NCBI RefSeq assembly: GCF_001194135.2
Contig: NC_068993.1
Span: forward strand, 1,748,734 to 1,792,453
Length of the DNA stretch: 43,720 nt
Reading direction: 5' to 3'
Source: Octopus bimaculoides
Taxonomy: Eukaryota
Shown: positions 1 through 12,186 of the stretch, one piece after another
Layout: the number at the start of each line of letters is the position of its first letter
Position numbering within the stretch: the stretch's first letter is position 1
Translations under genes and position numbers: made by a program
Notes under the pieces: model-generated
Seen by the model: only the letters and a program-made list of their open reading frames with translations
What the model was told of the DNA's origin: nothing
Database searches by the model: none

Positions 1-941
1 ATATATATATGCATGTGTGCTTGTATGTGTGTGCGTGCGTGCGTGTGTGTGTAGACAGACGCCAACATACATTCCACCCATAAAGGTGTACACGCATTTG
101 GTTCTTTCAATCCTTTTTAACTGCTGTTTTCTTTTTACGTATTCAATACCGTGTCATCTCTCTATTGTGCTGCCCCCTAGTCACTGATCGATATCATCCA
201 TGGAGAAATATAAAACCTGTCCCTGTTAAATATACTCAAAGCTCCTTCTGCCACCATTTGTATTTCGGTCTGTAATTGTTGCTCTCTCATCTCGTTGCTT
301 GAATAACGATGGATTGCACCAGGCCAGCTGTTCACGGATACACTCCTTCTTTTGCACCTCTGTATTACTTGCTAATTCTCCATCACCCTTGGATCACCTT
401 TTTATTACTATCTCTCTCTCCTAACCCCAAACACACATACATGCATAATCATGCGCATATCCAGATAATTCTATTTAAAGCACAAAGACCTCGTCCAATA
501 AAATGCTCAATGAATCACCGAACGCAGCATTAAAATAATTTTTCATATTTATCTCTGTACAATATGCAAATGATTTCTATTCTACGGAATATCACTAGAA
601 AAAGGTGACTCTTTTGAAGTTTCCAAAGGGAGATAAAACACCGTGAAAAAGAAGACATGCAAAAACGAAAAATCCTCAGTGGAGGCTCTCAAAAGTGAAT
701 TTATTGATGTCAGTGGGGGTGAGTTAGAAAGAGGACCTATTGGTGAGGGGGAAAGGGTCTCCTCAACGTTACGATCCTCTTATTTCTTTATTTCAAGGCT
801 TATTTCGCATAAAATCTTCTGCGTGATGTTTTAACTTGACTTTGCAATGTCAAATGAGTTACCAAAGACATTGTGGTTGTGACCAAGGGATGGTCATTGT
901 TGGATATTTATCATCCTACTTTTGCTTCATCAACAAATGCA

Positions 942-966
942 ATGACAATACGCTTGAAGATATTCA
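942..966 (+). CDS. Candidate coding end of an upstream exon (MTIRLKIF), phase-compatible with 2824-2883
   Basis: ATG at 942 and donor TTCA|GTGAGT (phase 1). Splicing to 2824 gives MTIRLKIFNAMMQPSAIAHEPSTASKKT. Confidence 0.25.
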
Positions 967-1773
967 GTGAGTAAGTGATAAAAGCTCTGTAAATATGAAA
1001 CCATGATGTGAACAGTAAAACAGCTTTCTGCGGCAGCAGCGCCACCATATCGTTTTCAAATATTCTTCACAACAACGTGTATAAAGGTAAATGCAGTCCC
1101 AATGTTTTTAAAGATATTAATTTACAGTTAGCTAAATAACAATATTCCTTTTGAGAGCAATGTAGAGAAATCAAATTATAGTTTTAAACAGAAATTGTCA
1201 AATTATGGAATTAGAAGTCTTCAAGTCTGATTAATTTCTGTGACGAAGTTGGTTAAGAACTGAAAAAGCTTCGGAATGATATTAGTTTCTCATCAACTTC
1301 GACAATTTTAAAACTATAATCCTATCTTTGGCACCAGTGTATGTCTATTTATAATTGACTTCAGTATGGTCACCTATATTACATGTAAACTTGGATTTTC
1401 TTCATTTGTAAATGAACTATACCAAGTAAAAGATAAAATTGCTTAAGCTTTGGAAAGTTTTTCTGAAAGTTTTTCATTTTATTTACTTTTGGAATGTTTT
1501 AATATTTTAGCATCTCAAACCTCAAGTTGTAATGTATTTATTATTTTGAACACAGACTTCATAATCTCTCTGTCTATTATAATGTATTCTAGAGAAGAAA
1601 CGAGCTATTGGTAATAAAGAACAATTTATCTCTTCTTAAATAACATTAAAAGACCGCAGTAGCAGACTTTATTACAATTCATAGGAGGCAATTAAAAAGT
1701 ACACCAAATCTACAGAATCAAGAATCACAATCAAATTGTTCATCTTATACCAACTGGAAAAAGTGTGATGCAG

Positions 1774-1857
<84 letters not shown>

Positions 1858-2130
1858 GCAATCGTTTACAAAGTCCCCAATACAAAGTAAGAAGAGGTAA
1901 AAGACATGAAGATAAAAAAAAGAATATTCCATCTTAGACCACGAGTTGAATAAGATGCATAATTAAACCGGGTACAATATCAGTTCTGTGAAACAAGAGA
2001 AACAACAGCAACAACAACAACAACAACAACAACATAGTGAGAATAATAATAATGATAATAATAATAGTAGTACTAGAAGTAGTAGTAGTAGTAGCAGCAG
2101 TAGCAGCAGCTGTTAATAGCAACAATAAGT
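1774..2130. repeat. (AAT)n run (1774-1857) and compound CAA/AAT/TAG/CAG triplet microsatellite (about 2005-2130)
   Basis: Direct reading. Confidence 0.9.
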
Positions 2131-2674
2131 GATATAAGAATACAAACAATTTTGACAATGATCTTTAGCAACATGTTTAGAATGTATTTCTGTTGAAGAA
2201 AATGGTTTGTCGCTCATTTTACGTTTGTATTTTGTTCATCGCAGAGACATTTCTCTTCTTAATTTGGGTTCCAGAAAATATAAAATAAAAACAACCTAAA
2301 ATAAATAAAAAGTATTATTTTATCTTCTTTTTTTTTCACTTTCTCCTGACTGGTTCTTTTATTTGCCCAAATCTATTTTAAATAACTTCTCGTGTTTTGC
2401 TGGTTTATGTATATTTTGTTTTCATTCTTTTTTCGTTTTTAAATATCTTCTCCGAAATTTGTTTCTTTGGCAATTCGCTAAGCAGACTTCTTGAAGTCTC
2501 TATCTGCTTTGCCATGTACCAGACAAATCTATTGCTGGTGGCAATACCAAAAAACCTGTAAAAGAATCCATAAGCATTGAAGATGTTCACAAAATTATTC
2601 TGAGAGCTACTTCCAACCTTGCAGTTGTTGTAAAATTCTTTGATTAGGATCCACTCTGACAGAATTCACACACA

Positions 2675-2748
<74 letters not shown>

Positions 2749-2823
2749 CATGTTTTAATTAATTCATGTTGTTCTCTTTGATCTGTTGTTATTCATCAAC
2801 TATTTTCTAAAAACCGTTTTCAG

Positions 2824-2883
2824 ATGCAATGATGCAGCCTTCAGCTATTGCTCATGAACCAAGCACAGCTTCCAAGAAAACAC
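2824..2883 (+). CDS. Candidate 60-nt internal exon (x)AMMQPSAIAHEPSTASKKT(x), unidentified gene
   Basis: Acceptor TTTTCTAAAAACCGTTTTCAG| and donor CAC|GTATGT. Length is a multiple of 3 and the frame is open in phase 1-1. Confidence 0.4.
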
Positions 2884-3436
2884 GTATGTTTGTTTAGATT
2901 CAATATCAAAGAAAAAAAAAGAGTTTAGTTAGCAGCAGCATAGTTCTTGCTTTAGAATTACCATTTTCTTGGTTATATACCATTTTTTCTCATTCTTAGA
3001 AAATGTCAATATGTGAAATATTTGTTTATTTTATCAGTTGTTTCGGGTGATTGAATGCATGTATTTCTTCCTGTGTTAGTCTGTTTGTTTTCAAGGTCAG
3101 AAAATCTTGTTCCCAGAAGTGGCATCTCTTATTGGTGTTTTATTCTATGTCTGGTGTATTTCTACAGAGGAAAAAAAGCACCTACGAAACTTTATTCTCT
3201 GTTCTGTGACCAAATTTTTTGTAATAAGGAATTAACGTCCTCGTTTTTCTCTTTGCTGAGTATGAGAATTTTTCAAGACATTTTGTCACCCAATATCCCT
3301 TCCCACTACCCACACACACATATATAATATGTGACAATTAGTTGGTTGTCATGCCCGAGCAGACTCCTGTCACAATAATATATATATATAAATATACATA
3401 TGTGCGCGCGCGCGCGCGTGTGCGTGCGTGTAGTAA

Positions 3437-3635
3437 ATCCCCAAAAGAAGAACAAACACACAATAAAACACAACGTGAGGATGTGGTACATGTGAAGTAT
3501 TAGTAGATGGTCAGGGAAAGAAAGAAAGATGGTTTAACGTTTCGAGCAGACGCTCTTCTTCGGAAACAGAGGAAAGTCCAATAGAAAAGGAAGACGGAAG
3601 AAGAAATTCGCCAACGATTCACATGTAGTTACATT

Positions 3636-3640
<5 letters not shown>
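3437..3640 (-). mobile_element. Probable Penelope-like or short retroelement fragment carrying the variant hammerhead
   Basis: Block of about 200 bp bounded by a (CG/TG)n run and a (TA)n run, containing the GAAGAGC..GCTCGAAACGTT signature. Boundaries are approximate. Confidence 0.4.
3532..3567 (-). ncRNA. Minimal hammerhead-like motif with U4C core variant
   Basis: Minus strand reads GTTT CCGAAGA A GAGC gtct GCTC GAAACGTT AAAC. The architecture matches the 41641-41686 motif, with 4-bp stems I and II. The core is CCGAAGA instead of CUGANGA. Confidence 0.55.
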
Positions 3641-3675
<35 letters not shown>

Positions 3676-3809
3676 GGTATTTGAATTTCTCTTGTTTTGA
3701 AGTCGATGTTTAAGGATATAAAGTACCCTTCCAGGCTTGTGGTTTGGTAGAATTGTTAGAACAAACGACCAGATGTCTCATGCCAAAATTCTTTGGTTTG
3801 GACAGCAAA

Positions 3810-4030
3810 GTTTCTGAAGACCCCACCATCAGAGTGTACCAGTCTTTATTACCTCTTAGATGGTTTCAGTGGCACAGAGATGGCCCACTGTGGATACGTG
3901 GGCAAAGTCTGGTTTTCTATTACCGAAACCCCTAACCAAGGCCAATGTGAAACAGAGAATTTCTAGATGCAAGTCCATAGTTTTAAGAAATATACGCAGA
4001 CATCTGCCGAACACAGCCATTTTTTTGTCT
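3810..4030 (+). pseudogene. Possible decayed mariner transposase fragment
   Basis: Translation KSGFLLPKPLTKANVKQRISRCKSIVLRN resembles the mariner pattern K.G.WVPHELT..N...R...C.SLL.RN. VSEDPT in another frame upstream is HTH-region-like. WVP and the GDEKW motif are not retained and no TIRs were found. Confidence 0.3.
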
Positions 4031-4425
4031 TTTCACAAATATGGTGGATATACAGAAAGTAACACTTCTTAAATAGTATCCAAAGATAATAAACGAAAAA
4101 TTGATAAGTGAATCAGATTGGTAAAAGAATATGTGATTTTTTTTTCTATATATTGGACATTATTTTGAAAGTAAGAACATGTTGGCAGTCTGCAATAATT
4201 TGCAGAACCTAACAATATTTCTAGTTCGATAAACAAAAGATTATAGAAATTGCCTACTTTTTCTGAACTATCAACGAAAAAATTGTGTTTTATTTTCTGA
4301 AGCAACAACATTTATTACATTATAACGACATGATTATGTCTCGATGGGAACTAATTACATTCTCACCTATATATAAATGTATGTGTATACATCTATATAA
4401 AACATATATGCATGCATATATACGT

Positions 4426-4481
<56 letters not shown>

Positions 4482-5255
4482 NNNNNNNNNNNNNNNNNNN
4501 NNNNNNNNNNNNNNNNNNNNNNNNNNNNNNNNNNNNNNNNNNNNNNNNNNNNNNNNNNNNNNNNNNNNNNNNNNNNNNNNNNNNNNNNNNNNNNNNNNNN
4601 NNNNNNNNNNNNNNNNNNNNNNNNNNNNNNNNNNNNNNNNNNNNNNNNNNNNNNNNNNNNNNNNNNNNNNNNNNNNNNNNNNNNNNNNNNNNNNNNNNNN
4701 NNNNNNNNNNNNNNNNNNNNNNNNNNNNNNNNNNNNNNNNNNNNNNNNNNNNNNNNNNNNNNNNNNNNNNNNNNNNNNNNNNNNNNNNNNNNNNNNNNNN
4801 NNNNNNNNNNNNNNNNNNNNNNNNNNNNNNNNNNNNNNNNNNNNNNNNNNNNNNNNNNNNNNNNNNNNNNNNNNNNNNNNNNNNNNNNNNNNNNNNNNNN
4901 NNNNNNNNNNNNNNNNNNNNNNNNNNNNNNNNNNNNNNNNNNNNNNNNNNNNNNNNNNNNNNNNNNNNNNNNNNNNNNNNNNNNNNNNNNNNNNNNNNNN
5001 NNNNNNNNNNNNNNNNNNNNNNNNNNNNNNNNNNNNNNNNNNNNNNNNNNNNNNNNNNNNNNNNNNNNNNNNNNNNNNNNNNNNNNNNNNNNNNNNNNNN
5101 NNNNNNNNNNNNNNNNNNNNNNNNNNNTATATATATACATACACACACATATATATATATATGCATACTTATATATTACACCTATCTTACAGAGTTTAAA
5201 AGTATTTAAGTATGTAATATATTGATACATACACACACACATACGCATACACAGA

Positions 5256-5321
<66 letters not shown>

Positions 5322-5463
5322 GTATAAATATATACAAACTAATATATATCTCAACTGCAACCAAGTTTAGAATTATATATAATATATAGTGATATAAACT
5401 ATTTCTATACACACACACACACACACACACAGACGCATACATATCAATCACTTATATGCACTC

Positions 5464-5530
<67 letters not shown>

Positions 5531-5905
5531 CATATATATATACATTAATGAAGGCATATCTTATCTGAGATTCAATGGAATTCTGTGAGTGCCACGGCGA
5601 TGATATAACATTACAAAGTCCATTTAATCACGCAGCATGTATCCCATGAATCATTTAGAGATCCCACTGGAGTGAAATTGTACCACAGCAAATAAACACT
5701 AGCCTCATTAGCATGTAATATCAGTTGCCGCCAATTTAGCCTGCTAAAGTCGCCAGACCTAAACTGATTCCCTTCATTTCACTGCTTCTAATGCGTAATG
5801 ACACCATTCGTGACGAAAGCATGTCGAACACTAAACTCACTGTTAATCATTGCCATATATTATACATACATATATTTACTATAATTACACACACAGGCAC
5901 ACACA

Positions 5906-5982
<77 letters not shown>

Positions 5983-6738
5983 NNNNNNNNNNNNNNNNNN
6001 NNNNNNNNNNNNNNNNNNNNNNNNNNNNNNNNNNNNNNNNNNNNNNNNNNNNNNNNNNNNNNNNNNNNNNNNNNNNNNNNNNNNNNNNNNNNNNNNNNNN
6101 NNNNNNNNNNNNNNNNNNNNNNNNNNNNNNNNNNNNNNNNNNNNNNNNNNNNNNNNNNNNNNNNNNNNNNNNNNNNNNNNNNNNNNNNNNNNNNNNNNNN
6201 NNNNNNNNNNNNNNNNNNNNNNNNNNNNNNNNNNNNNNNNNNNNNNNNNNNNNNNNNNNNNNNNNNNNNNNNNNNNNNNNNNNNNNNNNNNNNNNNATAC
6301 ATATTACTTGAAGGAATAAATATTTCCTAGCTACAGTGATAATATTTTTTCATGGAAAAGTTTAGACAAGGATTCAATACGCCCATCTCCACTAAAAAAA
6401 AAAAAAAGCTGAAATTCTCAGTGAAAATATATAATACTGTGTTTGCTCGTGTAAAAGTTGTACTGGCTTGTACTTAATTTTAACTGAAAAACTGGAATGC
6501 AACTTATACACAAGGAAAACTAAAACTATGAAGGAAAAATATTTTGTACTACGATTTAAAACTAGGCTCTTACAAAAAATAAAGATGTATTCTATATATC
6601 CTTTTTGGAGGAATGGAACTATGTTTCTAGTGAAAATATGTATATAAATTTATATATATATATATACACCTTGCCAAGTAATCTTGTGCTGGAGTAGATT
6701 TGCAAATAACTTTTCGACCAAAATCTAAAGGTATTTTG

Positions 6739-7206
6739 TCATTCAAGGCGGTTGTAAACAGAACTACACTCATTTCTCCAGATAGTAGCTAAAGGAACTA
6801 CACGGGTCTCTCTGTTTTTATCTTTAAAGTACGGTACAGCTAACGTCGGCATACTTTTAGGTTGTTTGTAGAATTTCATTTGAAAGCTAAGCTTAGAGAG
6901 CAATAGCATAGCTGTCTCAGTACAATCTGCAGTATCGTCGATAGGACGTCTGCAGGATTCCATTAAGTTATATAGGCAAACTCTGCCTGTCTGAGAAACC
7001 AGGTTTTGAATCAACCCAAGGTATCCCTCAGTTGAAAATTTGAAATAACCGTCACTGGCAAAGATTCGTCTTAGGTCAGTTCCAACACCGAACTCGAAAA
7101 CAATTCCAAAAAATATCGTGTCTTCTGTGTTCTTTAATCGCTGTTTCTCTTTATGATATTGTCCTTCGGAACACTTTTTGTAACTGCCATTTCTTATTGA
7201 TAACCT
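6739..7206 (-). CDS. Repeat-free 155-codon open frame, product unknown
   Basis: Extending the track ORF 6739-7014 upstream gives no stop until TAG at 7209-7207. No microsatellite content and no recognised domain. Confidence 0.25.
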   Translation of the reverse strand, partial: RLSIRNGSYKKCSEGQYHKEKQRLKNTEDTIFFGIVFEFGVGTDLRRIFASDGYFKFSTEGYLGLIQNLVSQTGRVCLYNLMESCRRPIDDTADCTETAMLLLSKLSFQMKFYKQPKSMPTLAVPYFKDKNRETRVVPLATIWRNECSSVYNRLE

Positions 7207-7509
7207 CTAGTTCATGTTCTTAACTGATAAGTCCTATTTCTTAAAGATAACACCTATTTCGTATTTAATTATTTTTTGCTGATATATTATTTATTTAAAA
7301 AAATATATAGAAAACCTGCTAAAAAATACTTTTGTTTCTGATCTGAATTGATATTCTTTAAAACAATTGCTGACATAGCCATTAACTTGTGTTTTATCAT
7401 TGAAAAACTAATTTCCTTTTCTGCTGCCAACCCTTGTGAGAGAGAGGGAGTTTGTGCGTGCACGTGTGTGTACGCGCCATGTCTGTGTGCGCACACTGCT
7501 GACACACGA

Positions 7510-7613
7510 GTGTGTGTATATGTATATGTGTGTATGTAATGTATGTGTATATATGTGTGCGTGTGTATGTATGCATATATATATATATGCATACACATAC
7601 ATACACACATATG

Positions 7614-7670
<57 letters not shown>

Positions 7671-7731
7671 CATACACACATGTATATATGTACCTATATA
7701 TGTGTATATTTACAAGTGTATACATGTATAC

Positions 7732-7803
<72 letters not shown>
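7510..7803. repeat. Compound TG/TA/CA and (ATCT)n microsatellite
   Basis: Direct reading. Confidence 0.9.
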
Positions 7804-7804
<1 letters not shown>

Positions 7805-7916
7805 AAACCTACACTTCATCCTGCCAGATTGAAAATATACGCTTGTAACTCAAATGATTTTAATGACTTAATTAAACTTAGAAGTGTAGGGCCCATGAAT
7901 TTAATTAGTGTTTCAG

Positions 7917-8018
7917 TGACTGTTGGGAAGAAATGGAGGAATTTTTCTCAGACCAGAGACCTGGTCCACATGAATGTATTACAAGAGACTCTGCTAACGG
8001 TACAAAAGGGCTAGGTGG
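7917..8018 (+). CDS. Candidate 102-nt exon (DCWEEMEEFFSDQRPGPHECITRDSANGTKGLG)
   Basis: Acceptor GTGTTTCAG| and donor GG|GTGAGT. Length is a multiple of 3 and the frame is open in phase 2-2. The polypyrimidine tract is weak. Confidence 0.2.
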
Positions 8019-8281
8019 GTGAGTTAAACTGGGCAAGTAGTTGTCACATGCTTAATTAATAATCTAAAGTTTGAGTTTCCAGGTAAAGGTAATCAAAAAC
8101 GTCAATGTAATTTCTGTAAGGAGAACAAAAACGATGTGTATGTGTGTTTGTGTGCATGTGCGTGTCACTCAACACATTTGTAAGGAAAACCTCCTCTGAA
8201 GGATCTTTTGTTGGGATCAAGTGATTTTTTTGTATAATGTTAGTTTAAAGAAACTAACGGGACAAATAAGATCCAATGTGG

Positions 8282-8331
<50 letters not shown>

Positions 8332-8930
8332 GCTTATCACTTACGTGCACACACAAACATACACACATACACGCACACACCTATATAGATATATGTATAT
8401 ATATATATGTATTTATTATATATATATATGTGAGTTTTACCCTTTTTCGTTCACTTCCCCACATAACTTTCATTATACGTTTTCTCTTCATGTCATATTA
8501 ATACCTCTTTCTGCCCCTCCCTCTTTCTCTTCTTCTTCTCTTTCTGTCTTTCTATGTGTGTTCGTGTGTGTATGTGTGTGTAATTCGGATTCAACAATAT
8601 CTGTTATGATTTCTGACAAATTCTTCATTTGATTCCATTGTATTAATTCAGTGATATGTTTTGATGAAGATGGCGCTTCATCATTTGTTTTCGCTTCCAT
8701 AATAAGTTCTTTAAGTTGCGTCAGTTATTGATGCTAGAACAATGAACATTTCTAAAGAATTGCTATTTATTCAGTGACTCCTGGAACAATTTGCAGAAAT
8801 TGGTTTCATTTCTTAGGTTTTTTTTTCATTTTATTTTGTATTTCATTTATCTTTTTGTGGAAGTCAAACAAAAGATTCCGGAAGTTTCTTGAGACGTTTA
8901 TTTAGTTCGGAAAAACAATAATTAGACATT

Positions 8931-8932
<2 letters not shown>

Positions 8933-9018
<86 letters not shown>

Positions 9019-9358
9019 CGCACACACACACGCACACACACACACACACGCACACACACATACACACAGACACACACACATACACACAGACATACACACA
9101 TATATGTATGTATATATGTATGCATGTGTATGTGTGTGTGAGTGAGTATGTATGCATGTGTTCTGTATGCGTGTGTGTGTATGTGTGTTTGTATGTGTGT
9201 GCGGGTGTGTATATGTGTGTGCATGTGCGTGTATATGTATGCATATACGAGTGTGTATTTGTGTGTATGTGTGCGTGTGTGTATGCATGTGTGTGTACAT
9301 ATGTATCTGTGTTCGAATGTATGTACACTTAAATGCACACACTCGCACACACACGCAT
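8933..9358. repeat. (CA)n block followed by a degenerate (TG)n block
   Basis: CA-rich at 8933-9101, then TG-rich at about 9103-9300. Confidence 0.9.
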
Positions 9359-9579
9359 CGAAATAAGATAAAAGACCTGAAGAAGAAGCGTTTATGTGGT
9401 TTCTCGATCTTCTGGAAATAGCAGCCAAATCCCTATCAAATCAAACCTATATCACTGTAACAAAATAGGATAGTGTCGTCCTAGTTAACTTGTACATAGA
9501 ATGCACAAACCCACACGCACACATACACACACACACTTGTCATCATCATATTTGCGGTTATTTTTATAACAATTCGTCG

Positions 9580-9581
<2 letters not shown>

Positions 9582-9653
<72 letters not shown>

Positions 9654-9912
9654 TTTTATTTTTTTTATTTTTTATTAATATAACATTTTTAATGTAGATT
9701 TTCTGTAAAATTCCGAACCAGCGCTGTAAGTCACGATATTTCATAAACAAATACTTCTATGGAAACAATGCAATCGAAGACAGAGAAACGGGAAATGGGT
9801 GTATATGCATATTTCAAGGATTATTGTCTTTTTATCAGTACAACATGGTCAAAGCGTTGACTAATGGCTAAACAGCTAAACACCCATCACCACATCTATA
9901 CTATTCATAATT

Positions 9913-9978
<66 letters not shown>

Positions 9979-10417
9979 ATCTAAAGAGAGTGGTATGAAA
10001 GTGTTTCATATGGCTGACTGAAGATGGTCAGTGAAAGACATGGCACTAGGTTTTTGGTAGACAATAGGTAGAAGAATTGACTCGAAGATGGTTCCACAAA
10101 GTCGATGCCAGGAAAGCAAATTTAAGAAAATAAGATGAAATCAAAAAATAAAGAAATAAAAACAAAACAAAAGATAAACGATTAAATATATAAATAAATA
10201 AAAAAGACCATGAAGACCAAAGAATTATTCTCATTAGAAAGGTTGGATTTTAATTGGAATTTGGTTGCCAAAAAAATAATAAAATGAAAAATAAAAACAA
10301 AAATAAAAAGAGGGGAGAAAAAAATGATTACCTTTTGACTGAGTCTGGCAGGAAGCTATAAATTGTCCAAATAATACCATTGTTTAATTAGAGGTTACGG
10401 CAAGAATTCATTACCAG

Positions 10418-10497
<80 letters not shown>

Positions 10498-10620
10498 CAT
10501 TATTATTATTATTATAAATATTATTATCATTATTATTATTATCGTCGTTGTTACCACCATCATCATTATCATAATTGTATTATCATCATTAGCATCATCA
10601 TCATCATCGTCATTATCTTC
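9582..10620. repeat. Three triplet microsatellites: (ATT)n about 9582-9652, (CTA)n about 9914-9976, (ATT)n/(CAT)n about 10417-10620
   Basis: Direct reading. Confidence 0.9.
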
Positions 10621-11660
10621 ATTTTTATAACCTTTATGGTTGTTGTTGTTCTTTTCTTCTTACTATTATCAAATAAATAAATTAGAGGGTATTTGATGAA
10701 AAAAAAAATATGATTAAAATGAAACACCGAAAAAAAAAGTATTGGCCTTTGTTTACTTCTTTTTTTCATTTTCGAATTTTCGTTCTTAATTTACTGTTTT
10801 TACATAATTTTTGTTTTTTAATCTTAACTCGATTCATTATATGTCTCCTGGGTATCAGCAGAAATATGGATAGTCATGCAGAAAAATTTCTGAATATAAA
10901 ATTCTATTCTCAACGAAAATATAGGAAAGAAAATAAAAAATAAAAATAAACAATAGAGTAACTGTGAAAACGAAAAAAAAAAACCCCCACAAAAAACCCC
11001 CCAAAAAGCCTCCCAAAAAACAAACAAAAAAGAAACAATGGCAAGAAAGAAAATGAAATTGTTTTTACTGATAATGTTGTTTTTTTGATGTTGGATAATA
11101 TTATTTAATTTGTGGTATTTAGAAGATAAAAATGTAACTCTTATGAAAATTTAGTTTTTATAGATCAAGAAATATTACGATCGATAGAACTTAAGTGGTA
11201 CATTCTCTGGGACATTATACATACATACATGCACACACATACACATATATATTTATATGTATATATACACACAGAGATATGTATATATATCAATATACTC
11301 TTATGTGTATACATGTATATGTGTGTCTCTTTGTATGTGTATATATACGTGTAGTTATATGCGTATGTGCATCAGTGTCAATGTGTGTTTATGGATGTGT
11401 GTGTGTGTATGTCTGTATGTATAAACAAGTGATACGTTGGTATGAGTAGATAGGTGATATTTCGATTCAAATGTGGAGTGCAATAGTTTATTTCGAGCGA
11501 TAGAGAGGCAAACAACTTCAGAGATGACGGAGAATCGGTTATTCAGAGAAGACAACGGCAGAGTCTAAGGAATAAACTACAGTGTTTAAGGAACTGTTAC
11601 TATACTCCGAAGTAACAGGCCACTTCGCCGGACGAACATGACATACATGTACATACGTGT

Positions 11661-11755
11661 ATATATTTACTTATGAATTATATATTTACTTATAAAATTA
11701 TATATTTACTTATTTATATATATTTACTAAACTAAAAATTATATATTTACTTATT
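11661..11755 (+). repeat. Short minisatellite, about 19-bp unit with core ATATATTTACTTAT
   Basis: Five degenerate copies of ATATATTTACT(TAT) precede and form the left arm of the inverted repeat. Confidence 0.8.
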
Positions 11756-11792
11756 AAGCTAAATAAGTAAATATATAATTTTTAGTTTAGTA
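11725..11792. repeat. Perfect 31-bp inverted repeat with 6-nt spacer
   Basis: TACTAAACTAAAAATTATATATTTACTTATT (11725-55), spacer AAGCTA, then the exact reverse complement at 11762-92. Confidence 0.95.
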
Positions 11793-11936
11793 TATTTTGA
11801 ATTATTATACATTTTCTATATATCTTCTCTATTGTGGTTAATAAGCTACATATACAACTCGTACTCATATGTATATGTACACATGCACATCCATATATAC
11901 GTGTATTTGTATATATTATCTCCGTCTATATATATA

Positions 11937-11951
11937 AGATCGGAAGAGCGT
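11937..11951 (+). other. Illumina TruSeq adapter remnant at contig end
   Basis: AGATCGGAAGAGCGT immediately precedes the 10-N gap at 11952-11961. Confidence 0.9.
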
Positions 11952-12049
11952 NNNNNNNNNNAGTATATATGTATATAAATAGATAGATAGGTAGACAGAT
12001 GGCAGGAAAGACAAAGGAAAAAACGAAGAAGAAGCGATCGAAGAACTTT

Positions 12050-12186
12050 ACTTGGAGTTTATTTATCAGCTCTGAAGGGGTGAAAAGCAAAGTTGAGCAT
12101 GCTGTTATTTGAACGCAAAACACCAAGACGCAGAACAATTAACCATGGCGTTTGTTCGACGCTTCAACCACTCTGCCATTTGGCCA
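12050..12186 (-). mobile_element. Degenerate family A SINE
   Basis: GGGGTGAAAAGCAAAGTTGAGC..ATTTGAACGCAAAAC...AACCACTCTGCCATTTGGCC is the reverse complement of the family A head and body. Confidence 0.5.

Noticed and set aside
2405-2655. 83-codon minus-strand frame (WILIKEFYNNCK...KTKYT)
   Set aside because: The acceptor sits in a TG repeat without a pyrimidine tract, no domain is recognised, and the length is within chance. An overlapping plus-strand frame looks equally protein-like.
3401-3431. (CG)7 inside an alternating purine-pyrimidine run (Z-DNA potential)
   Set aside because: Real sequence feature, but such runs are commonplace in this microsatellite-rich DNA and nothing links it to function.
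8488-8720. Protein-like minus-strand stretch MEAKTNDEAPSSSKHITELIQWNQMKNLSEIITDIVESEL
   Set aside because: Short, runs into a CA/GA repeat, and has no splice donor or recognisable family.
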